A stretch of DNA of 35,559 nt from an uncultured Bacilli bacterium (GTDB lineage: Bacteria; Bacillota_I; Bacilli_A; RF39; UBA660). The stretch is from assembly GCA_944359095.1 (NCBI GenBank), contig CALVSS010000003.1:1-35559 (forward strand), written 5' to 3'. The notes beneath the pieces are model-generated. The model did not search any database and was not told the origin of the DNA. It worked only from the letters and a program-made list of their open reading frames with translations. A program made the position numbers and the translations under genes. This document shows, piece after piece, positions 27,304 to 35,559 of the stretch; the first letter of the stretch is position 1; each line of letters begins with the position of its first letter.

Positions 27304-27765
27304 ATGTTAAGAAAAGCAATAAAAGGAAGTATTGTTATCCTTTGTATGTTAATTATTTTTTCCTTTTCATCAGATAATTCTATTCAGTCTTCTAAGAAAA
27401 GTGAAAATGTTATTTTAGAAATTTCTTCATTATTTGGAGTAAAAGGTCATAGAAAACAACAACAAATGATAAATAAGTTCTTTGTACCTGTTAGAAAATG
27501 TGCCCACTTTTTTATTTACTTTGTTTTGGGACTTAGTATGATTAGTTTTTTAAGAGAGTTTTCACTTCCTGTTAGAAAACTTATTTTACTATCTATTTTT
27601 CTAGCTTTTTTATATGCTTGTAGTGATGAGGTTCATCAGTTATTTGTCTCTGGTAGGAGTGGAGAAGTAAGAGATGTTTTACTAGATACTTTTGGTGCTG
27701 GTATTGGTGTTTATTTATATTACTTATTATTTAAACAAAAAATAAAGGAGAATCGTTATGAATAA
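27304..27765 (+). CDS. VanZ-family membrane protein
   Basis: IIFSFSS, RKCAHF..YF.LG, YA.SDE.HQLFV.GRSG...DVLLD..G. Confidence 0.9.
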   Translation: MLRKAIKGSIVILCMLIIFSFSSDNSIQSSKKSENVILEISSLFGVKGHRKQQQMINKFFVPVRKCAHFFIYFVLGLSMISFLREFSLPVRKLILLSIFLAFLYACSDEVHQLFVSGRSGEVRDVLLDTFGAGIGVYLYYLLFKQKIKENRYE

Positions 27766-29182
27766 GAAAAAAGAATTAGCTAAGAATACTATTATTATTT
27801 TTCTTGGTAAAGTTTGTACTCAATTAATATCTTTTCTATTATTACCTTTATATACTAGTTATTTAGTTACTGAAGAATATGGATTTGTTGATTTAATTAC
27901 TACTTATGTTACTTTAATTGTACCTATTATTACTTTAGAATTAGAAATGAGTGTTTTTCGGTATTTAGTAGATTGTAGGAAAGATAAAAAGGAAATAAAG
28001 AAAGTATTTAGTAATAATTTTATTATTTTACTTATGTCTTTACTTATTTTCATTATTTTATATTTTATAGTTACTTGTTTTGTTCACTTTGATTATCGTT
28101 ATCTTATTTTATTTGATATTGTTGTTTGTACTTTTTCTGGTAACTTTTTACAGATTGCTAGAGGTGTGGGAAGAACGGTTGACTATGCTATTAGTTGTAT
28201 TATTACTGGGGCAGGAACTATACTTTTAAATATTTTATTCATTGTTATTTTGGGCTGGGGAGCCTTTGGAATGATTTTAGCAATTGCTATTGCAAATGGT
28301 TTAGGTGCTCTTTATTTATTTCTTCGCCTTAAGATGTGGCAATATATTGATTTTAAACAAAAAGATACAAAGTTAATTAAATCTATGTATAAGTATTCTA
28401 TTCCATTAGTTCCTAATGGTATTAGTTGGTGGATTGTCAATGTTTCAGATCGTACTATTATTACTGCTATTTTAGGTACTGCTGCTAATGGTATTTATGC
28501 TGTTAGTAATAAATTTCCAACTATTTTATCTAGTTTATTAGGTATCTTTAATTTATCTTGGAGTGAATCTGCGGCATTACATATTAATAGCCCTGATCGA
28601 AATCAATTCTTTTCAGATATTTCTAATACAGTTACTAAACTATTTACTTGTTTAGGAGTAGGAATGATTGCTTGTATGCCATTTGTTTTCCCACTTTTAG
28701 TTAATAAGAGTTATGATGATGCTTTTTACTATATTCCTATATTAGTATTAGGAGCAGTTTTTAATGTTGTTATCTGTTTATATAGTGCTGTATATATTGC
28801 TAAAAAGATGACTAAACAAGTTGCAACTACTTCTATTATTGGAGCTATTATTAATATTATTGTAAATGTTTGTTTGATACGTTATATTGGTTTATTTGCT
28901 GCAGCACTTTCTACAGCCGTTGCATATTTTGTTATGATGGTTTATCGTTATTTTGATTTAAAAAAATATATGACGATTCAATATGAAAAAGGATTACTTA
29001 TCAAAACAATTTTAATTTTTACTTTCGCAATTATTATTTATTATCAAAGAAATTTCTATTTAGATGTTTTAAGTTTAGTAGTCGTTATTATTTATTCTGT
29101 TTGGATGAATAAAAGTTTCTTAATTGCTAGTAAAAATACAATTTATCACAAATTACAACAAATTATGGGAAGAGTTGGCTAA
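27758..29182 (+). CDS. polysaccharide/oligosaccharide flippase (Wzx/MOP superfamily)
   Basis: L.KNT.I...G......SFLLLPLYT..L...EYG, YSIPL.PN.ISWW....SDR, GIYA..NKFP. About 14 TM. Confidence 0.88.
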   Translation: MNKKKELAKNTIIIFLGKVCTQLISFLLLPLYTSYLVTEEYGFVDLITTYVTLIVPIITLELEMSVFRYLVDCRKDKKEIKKVFSNNFIILLMSLLIFIILYFIVTCFVHFDYRYLILFDIVVCTFSGNFLQIARGVGRTVDYAISCIITGAGTILLNILFIVILGWGAFGMILAIAIANGLGALYLFLRLKMWQYIDFKQKDTKLIKSMYKYSIPLVPNGISWWIVNVSDRTIITAILGTAANGIYAVSNKFPTILSSLLGIFNLSWSESAALHINSPDRNQFFSDISNTVTKLFTCLGVGMIACMPFVFPLLVNKSYDDAFYYIPILVLGAVFNVVICLYSAVYIAKKMTKQVATTSIIGAIINIIVNVCLIRYIGLFAAALSTAVAYFVMMVYRYFDLKKYMTIQYEKGLLIKTILIFTFAIIIYYQRNFYLDVLSLVVVIIYSVWMNKSFLIASKNTIYHKLQQIMGRVG

Positions 29183-29211
29183 ATAAAACATATAATTACT
29201 TAGGTGATTAT

Positions 29212-29913
29212 ATGTTTTTTCAGTTTTTTACTATATTAAAAGACTTATTTTGTTTTACAGGATCTTACTCCAATGAAGTATTTCCTGAGCCTCTTAGTTC
29301 TAAAGAAGAAGAGGAGTATATTAAGAAAAAAGAACAAGGAGATAAAAATGCTCGTAATCAGTTAATTGAACATAATTTAAGATTGGTTGCTCATATTGTT
29401 AAAAAATTTGAAACTCATCCTGGTGATACCGATGATTTAATTAGTATTGGTACGATTGGATTAATTAAAGGAGTAGATAGTTTTTCTAGTAATAAAGGAG
29501 TAAAAATTACTACTTATTGTGCTAGATGTATAGAAAATGAAATTTTAATGTATTTTAGAAGTAATAATAAATATAATAAAGATGTATCTATTAATGAAGC
29601 AGTTGGATATGATAAAGATGGAAATGAAATTGCTATTCAAGATGTATTGAAGTCTTCAAAGCCTGATTTTATTGAAGATATAAATATGAAAGATCATATT
29701 CTATTATTACAAAAATATATGAAAGTATTACTTCCAAGAGAAAGAGAAATCTTAGTTAGAAGATATGGACTTTATAATCAAGAAGAACAAACACAAAAAG
29801 AGATTGCTAAAAAGTTACATATTTCTAGAAGTTATGTTTCTCGAATTGAAAAAAGAGCTCTTACTAAAATACTAAGAGAATTTATTAAAGATAGGCAATA
29901 TGATAATGAATAA
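29212..29913 (+). CDS. sigK: sporulation sigma factor SigK (pro-form, uninterrupted)
   Basis: Hydrophobic pro-sequence of about 20 aa, then FPEPLS, LIEHNLRLVAHIVKKF, DDLISIGTIGLIK, ARCIENEILM, TQKEIA..L.ISRSYVSRIEKRAL. Confidence 0.9.
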   Translation: MFFQFFTILKDLFCFTGSYSNEVFPEPLSSKEEEEYIKKKEQGDKNARNQLIEHNLRLVAHIVKKFETHPGDTDDLISIGTIGLIKGVDSFSSNKGVKITTYCARCIENEILMYFRSNNKYNKDVSINEAVGYDKDGNEIAIQDVLKSSKPDFIEDINMKDHILLLQKYMKVLLPREREILVRRYGLYNQEEQTQKEIAKKLHISRSYVSRIEKRALTKILREFIKDRQYDNE

Positions 29914-29969
29914 GTATTAATAGACATTCTTTTATCCTTAAGGTATAATTGTGATAGGAGAGTGATAAG

Positions 29970-31448
29970 ATGAGGAATAAAAAGTTATTAAAACATGATT
30001 ATAAACCTTTACATAATTCTTATAGTTATTTAAATGCCTTACAAAGGAAAAGAGTCATGCCAATTCGTTTTCGGCTATTTACTATATGCGTTTTATTTTT
30101 AGTGTTGGGTTTTACTTTATTAGCATCTTATCAGATACTATTTTTTCCTAGACTTAAATTAAATGGTTCTAGAGTGGTTGAGGTAGAATATAAAAGTAAA
30201 TTTAAAGATCCAGGATATCGTTCTAGTTATCAAGGAAAAGATATTAGTTCACAAGTAAAAGTTTCTGGAAAAGTAGATTCTTCACGACTAGGTAGTTATC
30301 CTATTACTTATCAAGTTACTTCTCACGGTATGTCTACAATTAAAACTAGAATTGTAAAAGTTGTTGATTCTAAAGCTCCACAAATTGAATTTTTAACAGA
30401 TAATAAAGAATTATATATTTGTCCAGATACTAAATATTTATATGATGATTATAAAGCTATTGATAACTATGATGGAGATATTACTGATCAAGTAAAAGTA
30501 AAAGAAATTGGTAATGTTATGAAATATCAGGTAAAAGATAGTTCTGGTAATCAAACAGTAGTAGAAAGAAAAGTTTTATATAAAGATATAGAAAAACCTA
30601 GTTTAACTTTAGATACTCCCACTATTATGTTAATGAAGGGGGAAGCTTTTACTGATTCTACTTATCAAGTAAAAGATAATTGCAGTAGTCATGTTAAAGT
30701 TAGTGTTAGTGGTAATGTTGATACAAATCAAGTTGGCAAGTATGAAAGAGTATTTAAAGCTAAAGATGATTATGGGAATGTCACAAAAAAGATACAAAAA
30801 GTGATTGTTATGGAACCAGTAAAAAAAGGCGTTATTTATCTTACTTTTGATGATGGCCCTAGAAGTGGTACCACAGATATTATTTTAAATATTTTAAAAG
30901 AAAAAGGTGTAAAAGCTACTTTCTTTGTTACTAGTAGTGGACCAGATGATTTAATTAAAAGAGAATTTGATGAGGGACATTCTATTGGTCTTCATACAGC
31001 AAGTCACAATTATTCTAGTATTTATTCTTCTAGTGATGCTTATTTTGATGATTTAAAAATAGTATCTGATCGAGTGGAAAGAATTACAGGACAAAAGCCT
31101 TCTTTATTACGTTTCCCTGGTGGATCTAGTAATACTATTAGTAAACACTATTCGGTTGGTATTATGAGTTATTTAACTAAAGAAGTTCTCAATCGTGGAT
31201 ATCGTTATTATGATTGGAATATTGATTCTAGAGATGCGGAAGGGGGAAGATTTAGTGCTTCACAAATTGCTTCTTTTGTTACTTCTAAGCTTTCCCATGA
31301 TAAAGTAAATATGGTATTAATGCATGATGTTAAAGTAACTACTAAGGATGCACTTGCTAGTATTATTGATTATGGCCTTGCTAATGGATATAGCTTTGAA
31401 GCTATTACTCCTTATACTGATATGGTAGTGCAGAGAGTAAATAATTAG
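29970..31448 (+). CDS. membrane-anchored polysaccharide (peptidoglycan) deacetylase with Ig-like DUF5011-type repeats
   Basis: N-terminal TM, repeats (DPGY...G.Y.ITY.V; AIDNYDGDIT; DSSGN), NodB motifs LTFDDGP, GHSIGLHT..H, RFPGGS, DWN.DS, LMHD. Confidence 0.9.
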   Translation: MRNKKLLKHDYKPLHNSYSYLNALQRKRVMPIRFRLFTICVLFLVLGFTLLASYQILFFPRLKLNGSRVVEVEYKSKFKDPGYRSSYQGKDISSQVKVSGKVDSSRLGSYPITYQVTSHGMSTIKTRIVKVVDSKAPQIEFLTDNKELYICPDTKYLYDDYKAIDNYDGDITDQVKVKEIGNVMKYQVKDSSGNQTVVERKVLYKDIEKPSLTLDTPTIMLMKGEAFTDSTYQVKDNCSSHVKVSVSGNVDTNQVGKYERVFKAKDDYGNVTKKIQKVIVMEPVKKGVIYLTFDDGPRSGTTDIILNILKEKGVKATFFVTSSGPDDLIKREFDEGHSIGLHTASHNYSSIYSSSDAYFDDLKIVSDRVERITGQKPSLLRFPGGSSNTISKHYSVGIMSYLTKEVLNRGYRYYDWNIDSRDAEGGRFSASQIASFVTSKLSHDKVNMVLMHDVKVTTKDALASIIDYGLANGYSFEAITPYTDMVVQRVNN

Positions 31449-31491
31449 ACGAAAAATGAAATTTAGTGTATAATGGTTGGTAGGTGATTTT

Positions 31492-32010
31492 ATGGGTATT
31501 TTTAAACCTACAATGTATAGAAAAGATATTTTTGATATAGATTATCAAAAATTAAAGGATAGGGGAATTCGGTGTTTAGTTTTTGATTTAGATAATACAC
31601 TTGGATTAATTGATCATGAAAGATGTCCATTAAAAGCAAAAAGATTAATTAGGAGTTTACAAAAAGATTTCTTAATTTTTATTGCTTCTAATAATAGTAC
31701 TAAACGTATTAAGCCTTATATGGAAGATTTAGGGGTAGGTGGAGTTAGTTGGTGTATGAAGCCATCTACTAGAGGACTTAGAAAGATTAAGAAAAAATAT
31801 AATGTGAAGAAAAAAGAAATGGTTATGATTGGAGATCAAATTGTAACTGATGTTCTTGCTGGTAAAAGATTTCATATTATGACAATTTTAGTAGATCCTC
31901 TTGGTAAAAAAGATTTAAAAATAACTGGATTAAATCGTTACTGGGAAGATAAGATTATCAAGCATTATGAAAAACGTGGGGAGTTTAAGAGAGGTAGTTA
32001 TTATGATTAG
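31492..32010 (+). CDS. yqeG: HAD-IIIA phosphatase YqeG
   Basis: FDLDNTL, SNN, KP, MIGDQIVTDVLAG. Precedes yqeH. Confidence 0.92.
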   Translation: MGIFKPTMYRKDIFDIDYQKLKDRGIRCLVFDLDNTLGLIDHERCPLKAKRLIRSLQKDFLIFIASNNSTKRIKPYMEDLGVGGVSWCMKPSTRGLRKIKKKYNVKKKEMVMIGDQIVTDVLAGKRFHIMTILVDPLGKKDLKITGLNRYWEDKIIKHYEKRGEFKRGSYYD

Positions 32011-33013
32011 TGGGAAAAAATGTTCTGGCTGTGGTGTTTTATTACAAGATGAAAATGTTTTGCAGGAAGGATATACTACTAGTTTAGAAAATGATATTTG
32101 TCAAAGATGTTTTCGTATGAAAAATTATGGTGAATATCAAATGATTGCGAAATCTAATGAAGAATATTTATCTATTTTAAAAAGTGTTGGTGAGACTAAA
32201 GATTTAGTTTTATATATTACAGATTTATTAAATGTAGATAAAGATATCGAAGAAGTTCGTAAATTAATACCTAATAAAATGATATTAGTTTTAAATAAAA
32301 AGGATGCTTTACCTAAATCTGTTAAAGAAGAAAAATTAATTGAGTATTTTAAAAATATGAATTTAAATTTTGAAGAAATTATTGTTGTTAGTGTTAATAA
32401 AAATTATAATATTGATTATTTACTTAAAAGAATAAAATATTATCAAACAACAAAAAACGTTTATGCCATCGGTCATACCAATGCTGGTAAGAGTAGTTTG
32501 ATTAATAAATTAATTAAAAATTATTCTGATAAGACACAGGAACTTACAATGTCACCACTTCCATCTACAACATTAAGTACGATTACGATTGAGATTAATG
32601 ATTATTTAACTTTAATTGATACTCCTGGTCTTATTGATACGGGTTCTATTTTAAATATTGTAGATACTAAAATGGTTAAAAAGATTTCTCCAGTAAAAGA
32701 GATTAAACCAAAGACTTATCAAATTCGTAAAAATCAATCTATTATTATTGAAGACTTTTTACGTATCGATTATGTAGATGGTGTTAGAAATAGTTTTACT
32801 TTATATATATCTAATGATTTAAAAGTAAAAAGATTATTAAATTCTAGTAATAAAGATATGTTAAAGAATTTAAATAAAACTACTTATCAAGTAAAATATG
32901 GAGAAGATTTAGTTGTTTCTGGATTAGGATTTATTAAAATGGTTGATAAGTGTGAAATAGATGTTTATATTGATAAAAATGTAGATACTTTTCTTAGAAA
33001 AAATTTGATTTAA
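32003..33013 (+). CDS. yqeH: ribosome biogenesis GTPase YqeH (circularly permuted)
   Basis: CSGCG...CQRCFR zinc finger, NKKD (G4), GHTNAGKSS (G1), DTPG (G3). Confidence 0.92.
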   Translation: MISGKKCSGCGVLLQDENVLQEGYTTSLENDICQRCFRMKNYGEYQMIAKSNEEYLSILKSVGETKDLVLYITDLLNVDKDIEEVRKLIPNKMILVLNKKDALPKSVKEEKLIEYFKNMNLNFEEIIVVSVNKNYNIDYLLKRIKYYQTTKNVYAIGHTNAGKSSLINKLIKNYSDKTQELTMSPLPSTTLSTITIEINDYLTLIDTPGLIDTGSILNIVDTKMVKKISPVKEIKPKTYQIRKNQSIIIEDFLRIDYVDGVRNSFTLYISNDLKVKRLLNSSNKDMLKNLNKTTYQVKYGEDLVVSGLGFIKMVDKCEIDVYIDKNVDTFLRKNLI

Positions 33014-33026
33014 TGTTTTGTTTTAC

Positions 33027-33052
33027 AAGGAATGAGTTGTTCATTCTTTTTT
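33027..33052 (+). terminator. intrinsic terminator after yqeH
   Basis: AAGGAATGA-gttgt-TCATTCTTTTTT. Confidence 0.6.
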
Positions 33053-33100
33053 ATTGACTTTTTTCTTGTCTATTTTATAATATTTACAAGTGGTGATACT

Positions 33101-33667
33101 ATGGATAAAGAGTTTATGGAAATGGATTCCTATGATTTTGATTTTGTTTATCATGTATTTACTAATTCTGATTATGTTAATGAAATAGAAGATGAATCTG
33201 TTGCTGGTTATGTACTTAAAAAATTCCGTAAAGATATGGTGGATGATTATTTAACAATTTCTAAGACTTGTTTATTTAATCGTTGTAATATTGCATTAGG
33301 TAAAATGTTTCCTTTTATGTTTAGCCCTAGTGCAGTTAATTATTATATGGAAGATTTAAAATTGACTTTGGAGTCTAAGAATATTATTTATGACTATCTT
33401 TGTTATTTAGATTGTTTGTGTGATGAAGTTAATCATGATAATTTTTTAGATGTGCTAGTTAGATTTACTTTTCTTGAATATTATTATCAGTTGACGATTG
33501 ATTTTTTTGAAGAAAAAAGAGAATTTTTATCTAATACTTTTGATGGCTTTGACTATTATCCTGATCATACTCCGGTGTTTCATCAACCTGAAAAAGTTTT
33601 TGAATATTTAGATAAAATAAAAGATAAAAAAATAAATCAAAGTATGGAAAAAGTTAAGAAAAAGTGA
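33101..33667 (+). CDS. hypothetical acidic/aromatic-rich protein (188 aa)
   Basis: ORF with host codon usage, GGTGA RBS before ATG 33101, own TTGACT(33054)-16-TATAAT(33076) promoter. No motif recognised. Confidence 0.75.
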   Translation: MDKEFMEMDSYDFDFVYHVFTNSDYVNEIEDESVAGYVLKKFRKDMVDDYLTISKTCLFNRCNIALGKMFPFMFSPSAVNYYMEDLKLTLESKNIIYDYLCYLDCLCDEVNHDNFLDVLVRFTFLEYYYQLTIDFFEEKREFLSNTFDGFDYYPDHTPVFHQPEKVFEYLDKIKDKKINQSMEKVKKK

Positions 33668-33700
33668 TATAATTAGAAATAGTTTTAGGAAGTGGTGTCA

Positions 33701-35443
33701 ATGAATAATGAACTTGCCAACGAGATACGTAGTAAGTGTGATATCGTTGATATCATAGGTGAGAGAATTCCTTTAGTAGCAAGAGGTAAAAATTATTTTG
33801 GAGTATGTCCTTTTCATGATGACTCTAATCCATCTTTATGTGTATCTCGTGAAAAACAAATTTATACATGTTTCTCTTGTCATGCTACAGGGAATGTATT
33901 TACTTTTTTAATGAACTATGAACATATCGATTTTAAAGAAGCTCTACACTATTTAGGAGAAAAAGTTGGGGTAGATGTTAGTGGTGTTCATATTCAAAAG
34001 AAAAATACGAAATTTGATGCTTTTTATGATGCTTATTCTTTTTCTTTAAAATATTTTCAAAATAATTTACAATCTAAAGTAGGAAAAGATGCTAGAAATT
34101 ATTTGCTTGGTCGTAAGATTGATGAGAATGTGATTAAAGAATTTGAAATTGGATTATCTTTAGAAAATAGTGATGATTTAACTAAGTTATTAATGAATAA
34201 AAAATATGATTTAAGCGTTTTAAATCAAATTGGTTTATCTAGTGATGCTCATGATGTATATAATGATCGTATTATGTTTCCTTTATATGATTTAACTGGT
34301 AAAGTAGTTGGTTTTAGTGGAAGAATTTATCATGATAATGGTCAAAATAAATATTTAAATACGAAAGAGACTCCTATATTTAAAAAAGGACAATTATTAT
34401 ATCATTATCATATTGCTAGAGAAGAGTGTAGACAGAAAAAATCTGTTATTGTTATGGAAGGCTTTATGGATGTGATTCGGGCTAGTACGATTGGTATTCG
34501 TAATACCGTTGCTTTAATGGGTACTGCTCTTACTCATGAACAATTACAGTTAATTAAGAGGCTTTCTAATAATATTATTTTATGTCTTGATGGAGATGAT
34601 CCTGGAGTACATGCTACGTTAAGTATTGGAGATACTTTATTAGAAGAGGGAATAGAACCTAAAGTATTAGTTCTTCCTAATCCAGAAGATCCTGATAGTT
34701 TTATATTAAAATATGGAAAAGAACAATTTACTAATTTATTAGATAGTGCTGTTAGTTTTAATGATTTTAAACTTAGAAAGTTAAAAGAAAAAGTAGATTT
34801 TCGTAATGATGAAGAAACTGCTAAATATATTAATCAAGTTTTATTAGAAACAACGAAGGTACAAGACTCTATTCGAGTTGAAATCATACTTAAAAAACTT
34901 GCAAAAGAGTTTGATTTGAGTTATAATACACTGGAAATGCGATTTAGAGAATTAAAAAAGCCTAAGCAGAAGGAAACACCAGTAGTAGTTACGTATCGTA
35001 AAATTAAGAAAAAAACAAAGTATGAAAAGGCCATGGAACAAATTCTTTACTTTATGCTTAATAATGATTGGGTTATTAGTCAATTTGAAAAAGAAAACTT
35101 TATTTTTCCTAATGAAGAGAGTCGTTTATTAGCAAGTGAGATTGTTTATTTTTATACTACGTATGGGTATATTAATATTCCAGATTTTTATACTTATGTT
35201 CAAGATAAAGAAGAAGTTGTAAATTTTCTTAATGATATTTTAGCTTCTAGTTATTTGGAATCTACCACGAAGGATGAATTGTTTTTATATTTTGGAGTGA
35301 TTCGAGAATATAGTCGTACTCAAGAGATTAAAAGACTTACCAATTCATTACGTAAGGAAGTAGATCCTTTAGAGCAAGCTAAGATTGCTGAGAAAATTAG
35401 GAAGTTACGGATAGGAGATAATAAGAATGGTTGGAGAAATTAA
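33701..35443 (+). CDS. dnaG: DNA primase
   Basis: CPFHDD..PS...CFSC zinc finger, RIMFP, KYLNT.ET, EGFMDV, LDGD..G, DPD TOPRIM motifs. Confidence 0.98.
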   Translation: MNNELANEIRSKCDIVDIIGERIPLVARGKNYFGVCPFHDDSNPSLCVSREKQIYTCFSCHATGNVFTFLMNYEHIDFKEALHYLGEKVGVDVSGVHIQKKNTKFDAFYDAYSFSLKYFQNNLQSKVGKDARNYLLGRKIDENVIKEFEIGLSLENSDDLTKLLMNKKYDLSVLNQIGLSSDAHDVYNDRIMFPLYDLTGKVVGFSGRIYHDNGQNKYLNTKETPIFKKGQLLYHYHIAREECRQKKSVIVMEGFMDVIRASTIGIRNTVALMGTALTHEQLQLIKRLSNNIILCLDGDDPGVHATLSIGDTLLEEGIEPKVLVLPNPEDPDSFILKYGKEQFTNLLDSAVSFNDFKLRKLKEKVDFRNDEETAKYINQVLLETTKVQDSIRVEIILKKLAKEFDLSYNTLEMRFRELKKPKQKETPVVVTYRKIKKKTKYEKAMEQILYFMLNNDWVISQFEKENFIFPNEESRLLASEIVYFYTTYGYINIPDFYTYVQDKEEVVNFLNDILASSYLESTTKDELFLYFGVIREYSRTQEIKRLTNSLRKEVDPLEQAKIAEKIRKLRIGDNKNGWRN

Positions 35444-35559
35444 AACAATTGATGAAAGAAAGAAAAAATTACTAGCGGTAGGTAAAAAACAGGGGTATAT
35501 TACTTATGAACAATTAGCTGAAGAATTAAAGGGATTAGATATTGATAGTGATACTTTGG
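35427..35559 (+). CDS. rpoD: primary sigma factor SigA/RpoD, N-terminal fragment (truncated by window end)
   Basis: AGGAG RBS, MVGEIKTIDERKKKLLAVGKKQGYITYEQLAEEL... matches sigma70 region 1.1. Follows dnaG. Confidence 0.85.
   Translation, partial: MVGEIKTIDERKKKLLAVGKKQGYITYEQLAEELKGLDIDSDTL

Noticed and set aside
26032-27765. Vancomycin-resistance cluster (vanW + vanZ)
   Set aside because: No vanA/B ligase, vanH, vanX or vanRS. These families are widespread outside resistance loci.
29212-29913. skin-like element interrupting sigK
   Set aside because: The ORF is continuous from region 2 to region 4, with no recombinase nearby.
1-35559. CRISPR array, rRNA/tRNA genes, prophage, or TGA-as-Trp recoding
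   Set aside because: No regularly spaced repeats, RNA gene signatures or phage genes were seen by eye. Long genes read through under code 11 with TGG for Trp, and TGA appears to end the ORF at 33667.

Overview
AT-rich, mostly housekeeping chromosomal window from a low-GC Bacillota (Bacilli-like) organism using genetic code 11. By gene style it resembles uncultured gut Bacilli such as RF39, which is inference only. In order: partial secreted protein, alpha/beta hydrolase, 6S RNA, orphan, tcdA, lexA with a divergent SOS-boxed small membrane protein, polA, mutM, pyk, a prepilin-type protein with a DUF6273/C-lectin-like C-terminus behind a poly-G promoter, a complete IS3/IS150-family element inserted into a terminator loop, small membrane protein, gmk, tmcAL, a division cluster (murG-murB-divIB-[three paralogous GT-C-like membrane proteins]-ftsA-ftsZ), arginase divergent from an atypical murE (EDPR motif), vanW-like, vanZ-like, flippase, intact sigK, polysaccharide deacetylase, yqeG, yqeH, orphan, dnaG and the start of rpoD/sigA. 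The best leads are (1) a slippage-switchable promoter on a pilin-like adhesin whose tip resembles a DGR target, (2) an arginase-MurE pair suggesting ornithine-type peptidoglycan, (3) a candidate new SOS division inhibitor and (4) a GT-C triplet inside the division cluster. No CRISPR, rRNA, tRNA or reverse transcriptase was seen. All product calls come from motif recognition, not database searches.
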